Virus record (IMG/VR): IMGVR_UViG_3300042481_000164 | Coordinates: 56,767-120,766 of that record | DNA from: a virus | Taxonomy: Duplodnaviria > Caudoviricetes | Direction: 5' to 3' (one strand) | Length of the DNA: 64,000 nucleotides | Part shown: positions 26,062 through 35,028 of the stretch, in pieces | Layout: each line of letters starts with the position of its first letter | Position numbering within the stretch: position 1 is the first letter of the stretch | Notes under the pieces: generated by a model | Told to the model about the DNA's origin: nothing | What the model saw: only the letters and a program-made list of their open reading frames with translations | Database searches by the model: none | Translations under genes and position numbers: made by a program

Positions 26062-26681
26062 ATCCTCATGATATAACAAAAGAGTTTGAAAAAAAACTAG
26101 CAGACTATACTGGGGCACCTTATGTTGTTGCTATTGATAATATGAGTAATGCTTTGTTTCTGGCTTTGTATTATGAAGGTATTAAAGATATAGAGGTTGA
26201 AATACCTTGTAGAACTTACCCGTCTGTTCCTTGTGAAATAAAACATGCAGGGGGTATTGTTAAGTTTTATGATGTGCCGGGGGATAAAATAAAAGGATGT
26301 TATCAGTTGAGACCTACACGCGTGTGGGATTCTGCCTTACGCTTTACAGCAGATATGTATATACCAGGAAGTCACATGTGTGTTTCCTTTACTGGACCAT
26401 ATAAACATTTGAAGCTTGGTAAAGGTGGTGCAATACTTACTGATGACTATGATGCATATCTTTGGTTTAAGAAAGCTAGGTTCAGCGGTAGGAGTGAGTG
26501 TTCTTATTTAGAGGATGACTTTACTATGCTAGGTTGGAATTTTTATATGATGCCTGAGATAGCAGCAAAAGGATTACAATTAATGGGTCAGTTTTATAAA
26601 AGTGATGGTAGTAAAATAAGTACTGAAGATTTGGAATTAGAATATCCTGATCTTTCTAAATTTAGTATATATGTTTCTTAG
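26058..26681 (+). CDS. short DegT/DnrJ/EryC1/StrS-like PLP-dependent aminotransferase
   Basis: FEKKLADYTGAPYVVA...ALFLAL...TYPSV...SF..YKHL..GKGGAILTDD...GWNFYM. Confidence 0.75.
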   Translation: MNPHDITKEFEKKLADYTGAPYVVAIDNMSNALFLALYYEGIKDIEVEIPCRTYPSVPCEIKHAGGIVKFYDVPGDKIKGCYQLRPTRVWDSALRFTADMYIPGSHMCVSFTGPYKHLKLGKGGAILTDDYDAYLWFKKARFSGRSECSYLEDDFTMLGWNFYMMPEIAAKGLQLMGQFYKSDGSKISTEDLELEYPDLSKFSIYVS

Positions 26682-27237
26682 TGAAAAACAATTAAAAAAA
26701 ATAGGGCTGGGGTCCTATGGAAAAGATGTATTAATTTCTGATAAGTGTAGTATCTATAATCCTGGTAATATACACATAGGAGATAATGTAAGGATAGATG
26801 ATTTTTGTATATTGAGTGCTGGTGAAAAAGGTATTGAGATAGGGAGTCATGTGCATATTGGTTGCTATTGTTCGTTCATAGGTAATGAAAAAATAACAAT
26901 GAAAGATTTTTCTGGGTTATCAAGTAATGTTTCTATCTATTCCTCAACTGATGATTTTACTGGTAGTTTTTTAGCAGGACCTTGTGTACTAGAAGAATTT
27001 AAAAATATGGTATCAAAACCTGTGACTCTAAATAAACATGTAGCTATTGGTACTAAGTCATCTATATTACCTGGTGTAGAAATAGGTGAAAACTCAAAAG
27101 TGTATGCTCATTCTTTAGTAACAAAAAGTTTTCCAAGTAACGTAATTATATTTGGTATTCCTGCTAAAAAAATAAAAAATTTAAAAAATAGTTTAGAGCA
27201 TTTAGAAAAATTGTTTCTGAGTAAAAAAAATTATTAG
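26671..27237 (+). CDS. hexapeptide-repeat (LbH) acyltransferase
   Basis: IHIGDNVRIDDFCILSAG, IGSHVHIG, ILPGVEIG, GIPAK. Confidence 0.85.
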   Translation: MFLSEKQLKKIGLGSYGKDVLISDKCSIYNPGNIHIGDNVRIDDFCILSAGEKGIEIGSHVHIGCYCSFIGNEKITMKDFSGLSSNVSIYSSTDDFTGSFLAGPCVLEEFKNMVSKPVTLNKHVAIGTKSSILPGVEIGENSKVYAHSLVTKSFPSNVIIFGIPAKKIKNLKNSLEHLEKLFLSKKNY

Positions 27238-27295
27238 ATTTGTACCATCTAAAGTTAAATGCTGTTTCCGCTCATATGCTTTTCCTTTTGATGTC

Positions 27296-27328
27296 AGCCC
27301 TGGACCTATTTCCCAGGGCTTTCTTTTT
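27296..27328 (+). terminator. intrinsic terminator
   Basis: AGCCCTGG...CCAGGGCT followed by TTCTTTTT. Confidence 0.65.
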
Positions 27329-27334
27329 AACAAC

Positions 27335-27522
27335 TTGTTCCTACAGAACAACAACATACACTCCCCCTGTGGATAGTATCCATAGGCTCAGTGCCAGGAG
27401 GGCATACCATAAGAACTGCTCGCTCACTCTCTGGCCTTCTCTGCGCAGGAAAGCTGTCAAGTATAACTGTTAGCAACACCCAGAAAAGTTCTCTTGGCCA
27501 GAGATTACTATCTGGGTTTTTT
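27335..27522 (+). ncRNA. candidate structured RNA/leader ending in a terminator
   Basis: GC-elevated intergenic block with several hairpins and ACCCAGA/TCTGGGT plus T run. Confidence 0.5.
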
Positions 27523-27554
27523 GTTTTAATTTTGTTTATCAAAAAATTAATCAC

Positions 27555-27998
27555 ATGAAAAAGATAGATATGGGGAAGTATGTTCTCCTTGTTGGTAAAG
27601 ATGCAACAGAACCTTTTGATTATTATGGGGTAGAAGAGATGCACGGGTTAAACCGTAAAGATGCTCAGGCAGAAGAAGTAGATAAGACTGTTGGTAATGG
27701 TGTGTATATCTACGGATGGAACAACTATGATCCGCGCGATAAAAAGTTGACGGCTAAAGCTCCGTACAAACCATTCTTGTTTATTAACCTAGGTACATTT
27801 AGTAGATACTCTCTTACAGAAAAATGTACAGCAGTTATGCATGAGACTATGCACATGGCTATACTGTTAGATAACTATAATATCAAGGATAAGGAAGAGG
27901 AGGCAGTAAGCTTTGCTGAAGAAGAAGCAAACAAGATTATTGCAAAGTTGGGCTTTGCAAAAAAAGAACAACCTAAAAAAGGTTTCTTCAGTAAATAA
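27555..27998 (+). CDS. HExxH metallopeptidase-like protein
   Basis: HETMH...EE. Confidence 0.55.
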   Translation: MKKIDMGKYVLLVGKDATEPFDYYGVEEMHGLNRKDAQAEEVDKTVGNGVYIYGWNNYDPRDKKLTAKAPYKPFLFINLGTFSRYSLTEKCTAVMHETMHMAILLDNYNIKDKEEEAVSFAEEEANKIIAKLGFAKKEQPKKGFFSK

Positions 27999-28019
27999 TT
28001 TTTTTATATTTGTTGAACT

Positions 28020-28244
28020 ATGAGCAAGTCAAAATCTAAAGATCCAGTTACACTACTTGAAGTTGTCCTTACTGAGAACAACACATTTGAAATCAGAATG
28101 GGTAAAATAAATACAGCAACTATTCCTGTTGTGGTAGGCTTATTAGAAAAAGTAAAGTTTGATTTGCTGATCAGAGAATATGATGAGGTAGAAGAAAAAG
28201 AAGAGCTACCTGTTAATTTTATAAATCAAAAATTTGACGCATGA
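28020..28244 (+). CDS. hypothetical protein
   Basis: ORF track; preceded by TATATTTG. Confidence 0.6.
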   Translation: MSKSKSKDPVTLLEVVLTENNTFEIRMGKINTATIPVVVGLLEKVKFDLLIREYDEVEEKEELPVNFINQKFDA

Positions 28245-28513
28245 TGATTCAAAGATGTATGAAGAAGCCAGAGTATTATGATGCTTTAAGATATACTGAA
28301 GGTGACAGAGAACAAGTATTTAGTTTTGCACCAAATGCAGAATTTATTATGTTACTTAAAACTTTGACATTGTTTGTTACATGTAAACTGGGTCCTAAAA
28401 AGGTATTACCTGGTGACTATATTTTAAAGAGTAATACTGGTGAGTTGTTTGTATTTACACCTGAAGAGTATGAAAACAAATTTGTGAATGTAAAGAGAAC
28501 AGAGCTCAAGTGA
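28241..28513 (+). CDS. phage protein (KKP..DA...GDYI.K family)
   Basis: Paralog of the next gene. Confidence 0.65.
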   Translation: MMIQRCMKKPEYYDALRYTEGDREQVFSFAPNAEFIMLLKTLTLFVTCKLGPKKVLPGDYILKSNTGELFVFTPEEYENKFVNVKRTELK

Positions 28514-28752
28514 AATATATAAAGAACCCTGTAATAGTTGATGCGGTTCAATGGGTAGGGAATAATAGAAATGAGATTGAAGATTTTGCAGGTGAGTACT
28601 GTGACTTTGTAAATAATAGTTTTCTATTTGTATTCTCTCCTGAAGGAACACTAAGAGCATCAGAGGGTGACTATATAATTAAGAATAGTAACGGTGGATT
28701 TTATATATGCAAACCGGATGTGTTCAAACTAAATTATAAACAATTAAACTAG
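28510..28752 (+). CDS. phage protein (KYxKxPVxVDAVQW...GDYIIK...CKPDVF family)
   Basis: Widespread small phage family motif. Confidence 0.7.
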   Translation: MKYIKNPVIVDAVQWVGNNRNEIEDFAGEYCDFVNNSFLFVFSPEGTLRASEGDYIIKNSNGGFYICKPDVFKLNYKQLN

Positions 28753-28756
28753 TGAT

Positions 28757-28840
28757 ATGAGTAAGACAAGTAACCGTCAAAAGCTTGAAGTCTTAAAAGG
28801 ATGGCTTCATTATTTAGTAATCAATAAAAGTAAAAAGTAA
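28757..28840 (+). CDS. small hypothetical peptide (27 aa)
   Basis: MSKTSNRQKLEVLKGWLHYLVINKSKK; TAATG overlap with the next gene. Confidence 0.45.
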   Translation: MSKTSNRQKLEVLKGWLHYLVINKSKK

Positions 28841-29124
28841 TGAGTGAAACAGTAGTAAGTATTCCAGAAGATGCAGGAATATTAGGTATGAATGAAAAGA
28901 AAGTGCTTTCATTTGGTGAGCAGTTAGTTGGGATTGAGTTCAATCCATCTAATGATGCTGGTGTGGCTAAAGTAAAAGAATTGTATGCTGAGATTGCAAA
29001 TATTCTTAAAGACTCATACCAAGAGGGCCCAGGAAATCCAATTAAAAGTTTACTATTTGATCATGCTGTAGGAGAATTAGTAAGTGCACAAATGGCAGTA
29101 GTAAAAGTAATCACGTTTAAATAA
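28840..29124 (+). CDS. helical hairpin protein, possible Acb2/Tad1-like
   Basis: GEQLVGIEFNPS...V.KVK...AQMAVVKVIT pattern; family call from memory. Confidence 0.45.
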   Translation: MSETVVSIPEDAGILGMNEKKVLSFGEQLVGIEFNPSNDAGVAKVKELYAEIANILKDSYQEGPGNPIKSLLFDHAVGELVSAQMAVVKVITFK

Positions 29125-29131
29125 AAAGAAA

Positions 29132-29407
29132 ATGAAACTATTAGGAAAAAGAATTTTGATTAATGTACCGGTAATTGAGAAAGCGGTAATTGAGTTATCA
29201 CCAGCGCAAGAAGCAGAGCGTGAAAGAGATGCTATCAAGAAATGGACTGAACTAGAAGTTCACGCCATAGGAGATGAAGTAGAAAAAATAAAAGCTGGAG
29301 ACAAAGTTTATGTTCAGACATATGCTTTAGAAGGAGCTGAAAAGATCATGATTGGTGAGGAGATGAAATTGTTAATAAGAGAAAGTGAAGTTGCAATAAT
29401 ATACTAG
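29132..29407 (+). CDS. groES: GroES-like co-chaperonin
   Basis: LLGKRILI...VHAIGDEVEKIKAGDKV...IGEEMKLLIRESEV. Confidence 0.7.
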   Translation: MKLLGKRILINVPVIEKAVIELSPAQEAERERDAIKKWTELEVHAIGDEVEKIKAGDKVYVQTYALEGAEKIMIGEEMKLLIRESEVAIIY

Positions 29408-29408
29408 T

Positions 29409-29753
29409 ATGAATGAATTGCGTTATGAACAGTATAACAAAGCTATTATGAAAGATCTGAAAAAAGAGAATGTTTCTGTTATGCAAGAACCTAAGTGGGT
29501 TGATATCCATAGATGGGCTAACAACACTTCTCCTACTGAACAACCAAGTGCATTAAGACCTGAGCATTACGGAGGAGCTGATAATAAGTATGAAGTATTT
29601 AATGTATTAGAAGCATGGGGTCTAGATAAAGACTTCTACTTAGGTAATGTAATCAAGTATGTTGCACGAGCTGGTAAAAAAGATCCTGCAAAAAATAAAG
29701 AGGATTTACAAAAAGCTTTAGTATATTTGCAGAGAAGAATTGATAGTTTATGA
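29409..29753 (+). CDS. DUF3310 / SaV-like protein
   Basis: PEHYGG...FYLGNVIKYVARAGKK...EDLQKA..YL. Confidence 0.8.
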   Translation: MNELRYEQYNKAIMKDLKKENVSVMQEPKWVDIHRWANNTSPTEQPSALRPEHYGGADNKYEVFNVLEAWGLDKDFYLGNVIKYVARAGKKDPAKNKEDLQKALVYLQRRIDSL

Positions 29754-29941
29754 AAACGGCAATATACATTATGACAGTTATAGTCATCATGAGTATGTTT
29801 ATAATACAAGACAAGTTGAGAAAACCTGTGTATAATAAAATGTACAATGTATGGAATGAAGACACGGATAGTATCCTTGTTGCTAATGTTATTATGATTA
29901 TAATGTTGTTTATTTCATTTCTGTTGGGTTATTTCATGTAG
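29750..29941 (+). CDS. two-TM membrane protein
   Basis: Two hydrophobic segments. Confidence 0.6.
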   Translation: MKTAIYIMTVIVIMSMFIIQDKLRKPVYNKMYNVWNEDTDSILVANVIMIIMLFISFLLGYFM

Positions 29942-29962
29942 ATTTTTTTTTTGTGTTGATTT

Positions 29963-30001
29963 AAAAAAAGTCCTTGGTTTAATTACTGAGGACTTTTTTT
30001 T
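29963..30001 (+). terminator. bidirectional intrinsic terminator
   Basis: AAAAAAGTCCT...AGGACTTTTTT. Confidence 0.7.
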
Positions 30002-30052
30002 ATGATTAATTTTTAGTATATTATATTATATAATCTTTAAAATTTAGAAATC

Positions 30053-30262
30053 ATGCCAGAAAAATTTATACCTCAATCTCCAGATCCATATTTAAATCAA
30101 GATGCTGAAGCATCATTAGTAAAATTTGGACACTTAAACTTTTTGTTAGATCAGTGTAACAATAATGTTTTTGCAAATAATACAGCAGCAAAAGCTGGTG
30201 GATTAAAAAAAGGTGATTTTTACCGTAATGGTGATGGTCAAATATTTATTGTAAAAGATTAA
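30053..30262 (+). CDS. small virion/fibre-associated protein
   Basis: FANNTAAKAGGLKKGDFYRNG, a fibre C-terminal-like motif. Confidence 0.55.
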   Translation: MPEKFIPQSPDPYLNQDAEASLVKFGHLNFLLDQCNNNVFANNTAAKAGGLKKGDFYRNGDGQIFIVKD

Positions 30263-30265
30263 GCT

Positions 30266-30994
30266 ATGAGCTTCTTAGGTCAATTTAGTTTTGGGTACCC
30301 TGTTACAACCCAAAATATTATAACAACAATACCTGATGATGCTATCATACCACTATCTATTGGGAGCAGTTTACAGGGAAATGTTCTTGGTACATCATTT
30401 GCTGATTTAAAATCTCAAGTAAGTAGTAATTCAACTTGGGGTAGTATTACTGGAAACATATATGCTCAAAATGATTTAATAAATTTAATAAATCAATCAA
30501 ATGGTCCACGTTATATAGGGGAAAAATTTGGAGGTGGTGTTATATTTTATTTGTGGAAAGATGAAAATAATATACAACATGGTTTAATTACTAGCATAGT
30601 TGATCAGTCAACTTTTGTTCAATATAGTAATGTATATGGAAATATTGGAGCATCAACAACTTGGAATGGTCAGCTTAATACAAGTTTAATGGCTGCACAG
30701 GCCGGAGCAACATCTGGTGCTTGGAAACTTTGTAATGATTATGTTTATAACGGTTTTACTGATTGGTATTTACCATCAGTAGATCAATTAAATTTATTAT
30801 ATAATAATAGATTTCTTGTTAATAAAGCATTGGCAACTGTATCTGGTGCTACACAACTAGCGGAACTAGATTACTGGAGTAGTTCACAGGTATCTGCATT
30901 TTTTAATGCATGGACATTTTATTTTTCATCAGGTTCTTCATTTGTTCAAGATAAAAGTATTAATAAAGCTGTAAGAGCAATTAGAGAATTTTAA
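30266..30994 (+). CDS. fibre/adhesin-like protein with C-terminal DUF1566 (Lcl/CLec-like) domain
   Basis: YIGEKFGGGVIFY...DWYLPS..QL...YWSSS...AW...VRAIREF. Confidence 0.75.
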   Translation: MSFLGQFSFGYPVTTQNIITTIPDDAIIPLSIGSSLQGNVLGTSFADLKSQVSSNSTWGSITGNIYAQNDLINLINQSNGPRYIGEKFGGGVIFYLWKDENNIQHGLITSIVDQSTFVQYSNVYGNIGASTTWNGQLNTSLMAAQAGATSGAWKLCNDYVYNGFTDWYLPSVDQLNLLYNNRFLVNKALATVSGATQLAELDYWSSSQVSAFFNAWTFYFSSGSSFVQDKSINKAVRAIREF

Positions 30995-31007
30995 TATAAA
31001 AAATGTT

Positions 31008-32789
31008 ATGAGTTTTTTAGGACAATTTAATTTTGGATATCCGGTGATATCTCAAAATATTTTAAATAGTATACCTGATGAAGCAGTATTACCATTTTCA
31101 ATAGGCAATAGCTTACAGGGTAATATACTTGGTATAACCTTTGGTGATTTAAAATCTCAAGTAGGTGGTAGTTCTACATGGGGTTCTATTACTGGAAATA
31201 TTTATGCTCAAAGTGATTTAATAAATTTGCTTAATAATAAGCAAGATACATTAAATTCTGGTAGCAACATTAAAACTATTAACGGTTCTAGTATATTAGG
31301 TTCAGGTAATATAGTTGCTGGTATGCCTAGTTTTATTGAATATGATGAAGCTAGTAAAACATTTTGGAATAATGGTACAGGCAATATTGCAAATAATTTA
31401 TCTTATGGTGAAAGCAGTTTAATATCAAATACTTCAGGTAACAACAATACAGGACTTGGACACGGTTCTTTACAAAATAATACAACAGGTGCTAATAATA
31501 CAAGTGTTGGTTATTTAGCTATCCGCAACACAACAACAGGTGGTTCTAATACAGCAGTTGGTTCTCAAGCACTTCAAAATAATACAACAGGTACTAATAA
31601 TGTTGCTGTTGGTGCAGAATCATTGATAAATAATACTACTGGTTATCAAAATATAGCTTATGGTAGAAATACATTAAGATCAAATACGACAGGATACGCA
31701 AATACTGCACTTGGTCATAGTGCTTTATATGGAAATACAACAGGAACACTAAATGTAGCTGTTGGAGATGGATCATTACAATCAAATACAACAGGTAGTG
31801 AAAATGTTGCAATAGGTAGAGCATCTTTATTAAGTAGTACTACTGCTAGTAGAAATACAGCAGTAGGTGTATCTGCTTTACAAAATAATACAACTGGACC
31901 TAATAATGTTGCTTTAGGAGCTACTGCATTATTAAGTAATACTACAGGTTCAAACAATATAGCATTAGGGGTAGCTGCATTATTAACAAACACAACTGGG
32001 AGTTTTAATTCTGCTCTAGGAACAAATACTTTATACACTAATAGTACTGGTTCACTTAATGCTGCTTATGGAAATGGAGCACTTTATAGTAATACTACTG
32101 GTGAATCTAATATTGCTATTGGTTTTAATGCATTATACAATAATAGTATAAGTAGTGAGAGTGTTGCTGTTGGTGTATATGCTTTATCTTCTTTTAATAA
32201 TAATACTACATTAAGTTATAATACAGCAATTGGTTATAAATCACTAACTACTGCAACAACAGGTACTTATAATACAGGTGTTGGACATGAATCACTTAAA
32301 TTAAATACAACAGGTAGTTATAATACTGCAGTTGGTAAAAGTGCATTACAAAGTAATACTACAGCTAATAATCAAACTGCTGTAGGTCATAATGCATTAA
32401 CATCATCAACAGGTGCTGCAAATACTGCATTAGGTGCATCTGCTGCATCAACACTTACTACAGGTACTGCAAATGCTGTTATAGGAACAGCAGCTGGTAA
32501 TAACTTATCAACAGGTAGTGCTAACACAATGGTTGGTAATAGTGCGGGTGCTTCAGTAAGTACAGGAAGTAATAATGTATTTATTGGTGCAGTTACACAA
32601 GGCCTTGCTGCAACATCAGGTTCAATTGTAATTGGTAGTAATGCAGGAGCTACTGCAGATAATCAATTAGTAATTGGTTCTAGTGCTTATCCTGCTGGAG
32701 CAATTACTACAGAAACAATTACACCTAACAGAACTTGGACTGTTAAAATAAACGGAGCTAATTACAAAATACCTTTATTAACAATTTAA
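31008..32789 (+). CDS. fibre protein with 14-aa NTTG..NTA.G..AL beta-roll repeats
   Basis: Long tandem 14-aa periodicity. Confidence 0.8.
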   Translation: MSFLGQFNFGYPVISQNILNSIPDEAVLPFSIGNSLQGNILGITFGDLKSQVGGSSTWGSITGNIYAQSDLINLLNNKQDTLNSGSNIKTINGSSILGSGNIVAGMPSFIEYDEASKTFWNNGTGNIANNLSYGESSLISNTSGNNNTGLGHGSLQNNTTGANNTSVGYLAIRNTTTGGSNTAVGSQALQNNTTGTNNVAVGAESLINNTTGYQNIAYGRNTLRSNTTGYANTALGHSALYGNTTGTLNVAVGDGSLQSNTTGSENVAIGRASLLSSTTASRNTAVGVSALQNNTTGPNNVALGATALLSNTTGSNNIALGVAALLTNTTGSFNSALGTNTLYTNSTGSLNAAYGNGALYSNTTGESNIAIGFNALYNNSISSESVAVGVYALSSFNNNTTLSYNTAIGYKSLTTATTGTYNTGVGHESLKLNTTGSYNTAVGKSALQSNTTANNQTAVGHNALTSSTGAANTALGASAASTLTTGTANAVIGTAAGNNLSTGSANTMVGNSAGASVSTGSNNVFIGAVTQGLAATSGSIVIGSNAGATADNQLVIGSSAYPAGAITTETITPNRTWTVKINGANYKIPLLTI

Positions 32790-32800
32790 TATTTTAAATA

Positions 32801-33757
32801 ATGGATATTTTAAATTTTATTTCATGGGCAAAAGAAGGTACTGTAGTTTCTACAGTACCTAGTCCATCTCAAGCATTAATCCCTGTAGGTTTATATGACT
32901 CACGTAGAGGTGATAACTATCTACCATCAACTATATCAGTAACTGATTTATTAGCTTTATCACCAGGTTTACCTAGTTTTATTCAATATAATGAAACTAA
33001 TAAAACTCTTTGGGTAAATGGTAAAGGTGATAGTTATACAAATACAACTTATGGTGAAGGTGCTTTAGGTTCTAATACAAGTGGAATTTGGAATACTGCA
33101 ATTGGTCTTGATTCATTATCATATAACTCATCAGGTCAATTTAATGTTGCTCTTGGACGTGCATCATTACAAAACAATTATGATGGTAGTTATAATACGG
33201 CTTTAGGATCAAATACATTACAAAACAATACTTCTGGTTCTCAAAATACAGCAATAGGAAGTGATGCATTACAGAATAATGTAACAGGTGGGCAGAATAC
33301 AGCATTAGGTCATGAATCTTTATATTCAAATAGTACAGGTACTCTTAACACAGCTGTAGGTAGAAGATCATTATTTTCAAATACCACAGGTTCGGCTAAT
33401 GTAAGTATTGGTAATTATGCAGGTTTTGTAAACACCACAGGAAGTAGTAATGTTTATATAGGTTTTTTATGTGCTGAAAATGTTACAACTGGTAATTTTA
33501 ATGCAATAGTTGGTTCTTATGGTATGGATGGTAGTAATTTAGGAAGTAATAATAGCATATTAGGTTATCAGGCTACAAACTTAGGAAGCAATAGTTGTGT
33601 GATTTTAGGAAGACAAGCTGTAGCTACAGCAAGTAATCAATTTGTTGTTGGTTCCACAACTTATAATGCAGGAGCTGTGACAACAGAAACTGTAGCATCA
33701 ACAAGAACCTGGACTGTTAAAATTAATGGTGTAGATAGAAAAATTTTATTAGCTTAG
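32801..33757 (+). CDS. fibre protein paralog with 14-aa repeats
   Basis: Same repeats and RTWTVKING C-terminus as the previous gene. Confidence 0.8.
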   Translation: MDILNFISWAKEGTVVSTVPSPSQALIPVGLYDSRRGDNYLPSTISVTDLLALSPGLPSFIQYNETNKTLWVNGKGDSYTNTTYGEGALGSNTSGIWNTAIGLDSLSYNSSGQFNVALGRASLQNNYDGSYNTALGSNTLQNNTSGSQNTAIGSDALQNNVTGGQNTALGHESLYSNSTGTLNTAVGRRSLFSNTTGSANVSIGNYAGFVNTTGSSNVYIGFLCAENVTTGNFNAIVGSYGMDGSNLGSNNSILGYQATNLGSNSCVILGRQAVATASNQFVVGSTTYNAGAVTTETVASTRTWTVKINGVDRKILLA

Positions 33758-33782
33758 TAAAAAATAAATATGTACTTATATT

Positions 33783-34013
33783 ATGAAAATTACATTTGAA
33801 ATACCAAAAGAAGTAACAGTAGTTCAAGAATTAAGAAAAACTATTGAAGAAGTAACAATTGATGTAGTTGTTGATGATTACTCTAAAAAAGAAGTAAGAG
33901 CTTACACTAAAGAATTAGGTACTATAATTCTTTGGAAGGATGCTGCCTATGATACAATTGGTCAATGGACTGATGCTGATGTAATTCAAAGAATTACAGA
34001 ACTTTATGTTTAA
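33783..34013 (+). CDS. small fibre-associated protein
   Basis: ORF track; position. Confidence 0.55.
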   Translation: MKITFEIPKEVTVVQELRKTIEEVTIDVVVDDYSKKEVRAYTKELGTIILWKDAAYDTIGQWTDADVIQRITELYV

Positions 34014-34032
34014 TTAAAAATAAAAAAATAAA

Positions 34033-34272
34033 ATGTCAGTAGAAAACAAATTTGTAGAAGAAGTAACAGCTGAACAAGCAGCACAGTCTGTATTAGCAGC
34101 TTATGATAGTGTTAACTTAATTGCAGAATTAAGAGCAAAAGCAGAATTATCTGAAGAGGAATCTGCAACTGTAACACGTAATGTAGAGCATATCTCTATT
34201 ATGTTAGGTAAAGAATGGTTTGTTAATGCTTTAACTACAGAACAAAAATCTGAGTTAGATGCATTGATTTAA
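34033..34272 (+). CDS. small fibre-associated protein
   Basis: ORF track; position. Confidence 0.55.
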   Translation: MSVENKFVEEVTAEQAAQSVLAAYDSVNLIAELRAKAELSEEESATVTRNVEHISIMLGKEWFVNALTTEQKSELDALI

Positions 34273-34324
34273 ATATTAAATTTTATATATTTACATTTTA
34301 AAACATAAACCAAATAAATTTATT

Positions 34325-34486
34325 ATGACACCAACTGAAGCAGTTAAAACACTTGAGCAAGCACTGAATGCAGCTACACTTAAAGGAGTATATACATTAG
34401 CAGACACAAACCAAGTATTGGTTGCGTTAAATGTAGTACATGGTATAATACCAGTTGAACCAACTTTAGAAGTTGTAGAGGAATAG
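34325..34486 (+). CDS. small hypothetical protein (53 aa)
   Basis: Hand translation MTPTEAVKTLEQALNAATLKGVY...; followed by a terminator at about 34507-34533. Confidence 0.55.
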   Translation: MTPTEAVKTLEQALNAATLKGVYTLADTNQVLVALNVVHGIIPVEPTLEVVEE

Positions 34487-34587
34487 TCTTTGCTTGACTC
34501 CTTCTGACCCTAGATTAACTTCTGGGGTTTTTTGTTTTTGTCAATTTTTTTGATTATATTAAATCATATAGTCTAAATATTTTTGTC

Positions 34588-35028
34588 ATGTCAATAGGAA
34601 ATTTAAAGGATACAGGAAATATGGGTAACAACTTTCCTTATCAATATAAGGTATTAAGTGGGTTACAAGGAATTATTGATGCCATTACCGGAGGTGGTGG
34701 TGGAGGGGGAAGTAATGTAACTATTGTAAATCCTCTTGGACAAAAAACAATGGCTGCAAGTTTATCTGTTGTACTTGCTTCAAATCAAGCAGGTGTGGCA
34801 AGAACTCCTGGATTTATAAGAGCAACTGGTTCGGGAGCAATTGGGGTTATAACTTATAGCGCATCTGTTTCAAATGTAGGTGCTGCTAATGGAACTTTTT
34901 TAGGTGTTACAATTAAACCAGGAGAAACTCTTAACTTTAGTGCAGATGCGATAAATAATTATTATGCTTCTGGTGTGTTTACTTACAATGGTACAGGAAC
35001 AGAATTAGTAATAATATATAATTCATAA
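34588..35028 (+). CDS. putative virion protein
   Basis: Gly linker, beta-rich; late-motif upstream. Confidence 0.6.
   Translation: MSIGNLKDTGNMGNNFPYQYKVLSGLQGIIDAITGGGGGGGSNVTIVNPLGQKTMAASLSVVLASNQAGVARTPGFIRATGSGAIGVITYSASVSNVGAANGTFLGVTIKPGETLNFSADAINNYYASGVFTYNGTGTELVIIYNS

Noticed and set aside
31400-33600. 42-bp periodic repeats as a CRISPR array or DGR template
   Set aside because: They are in-frame degenerate coding repeats of a beta-roll, not identical repeats with spacers.
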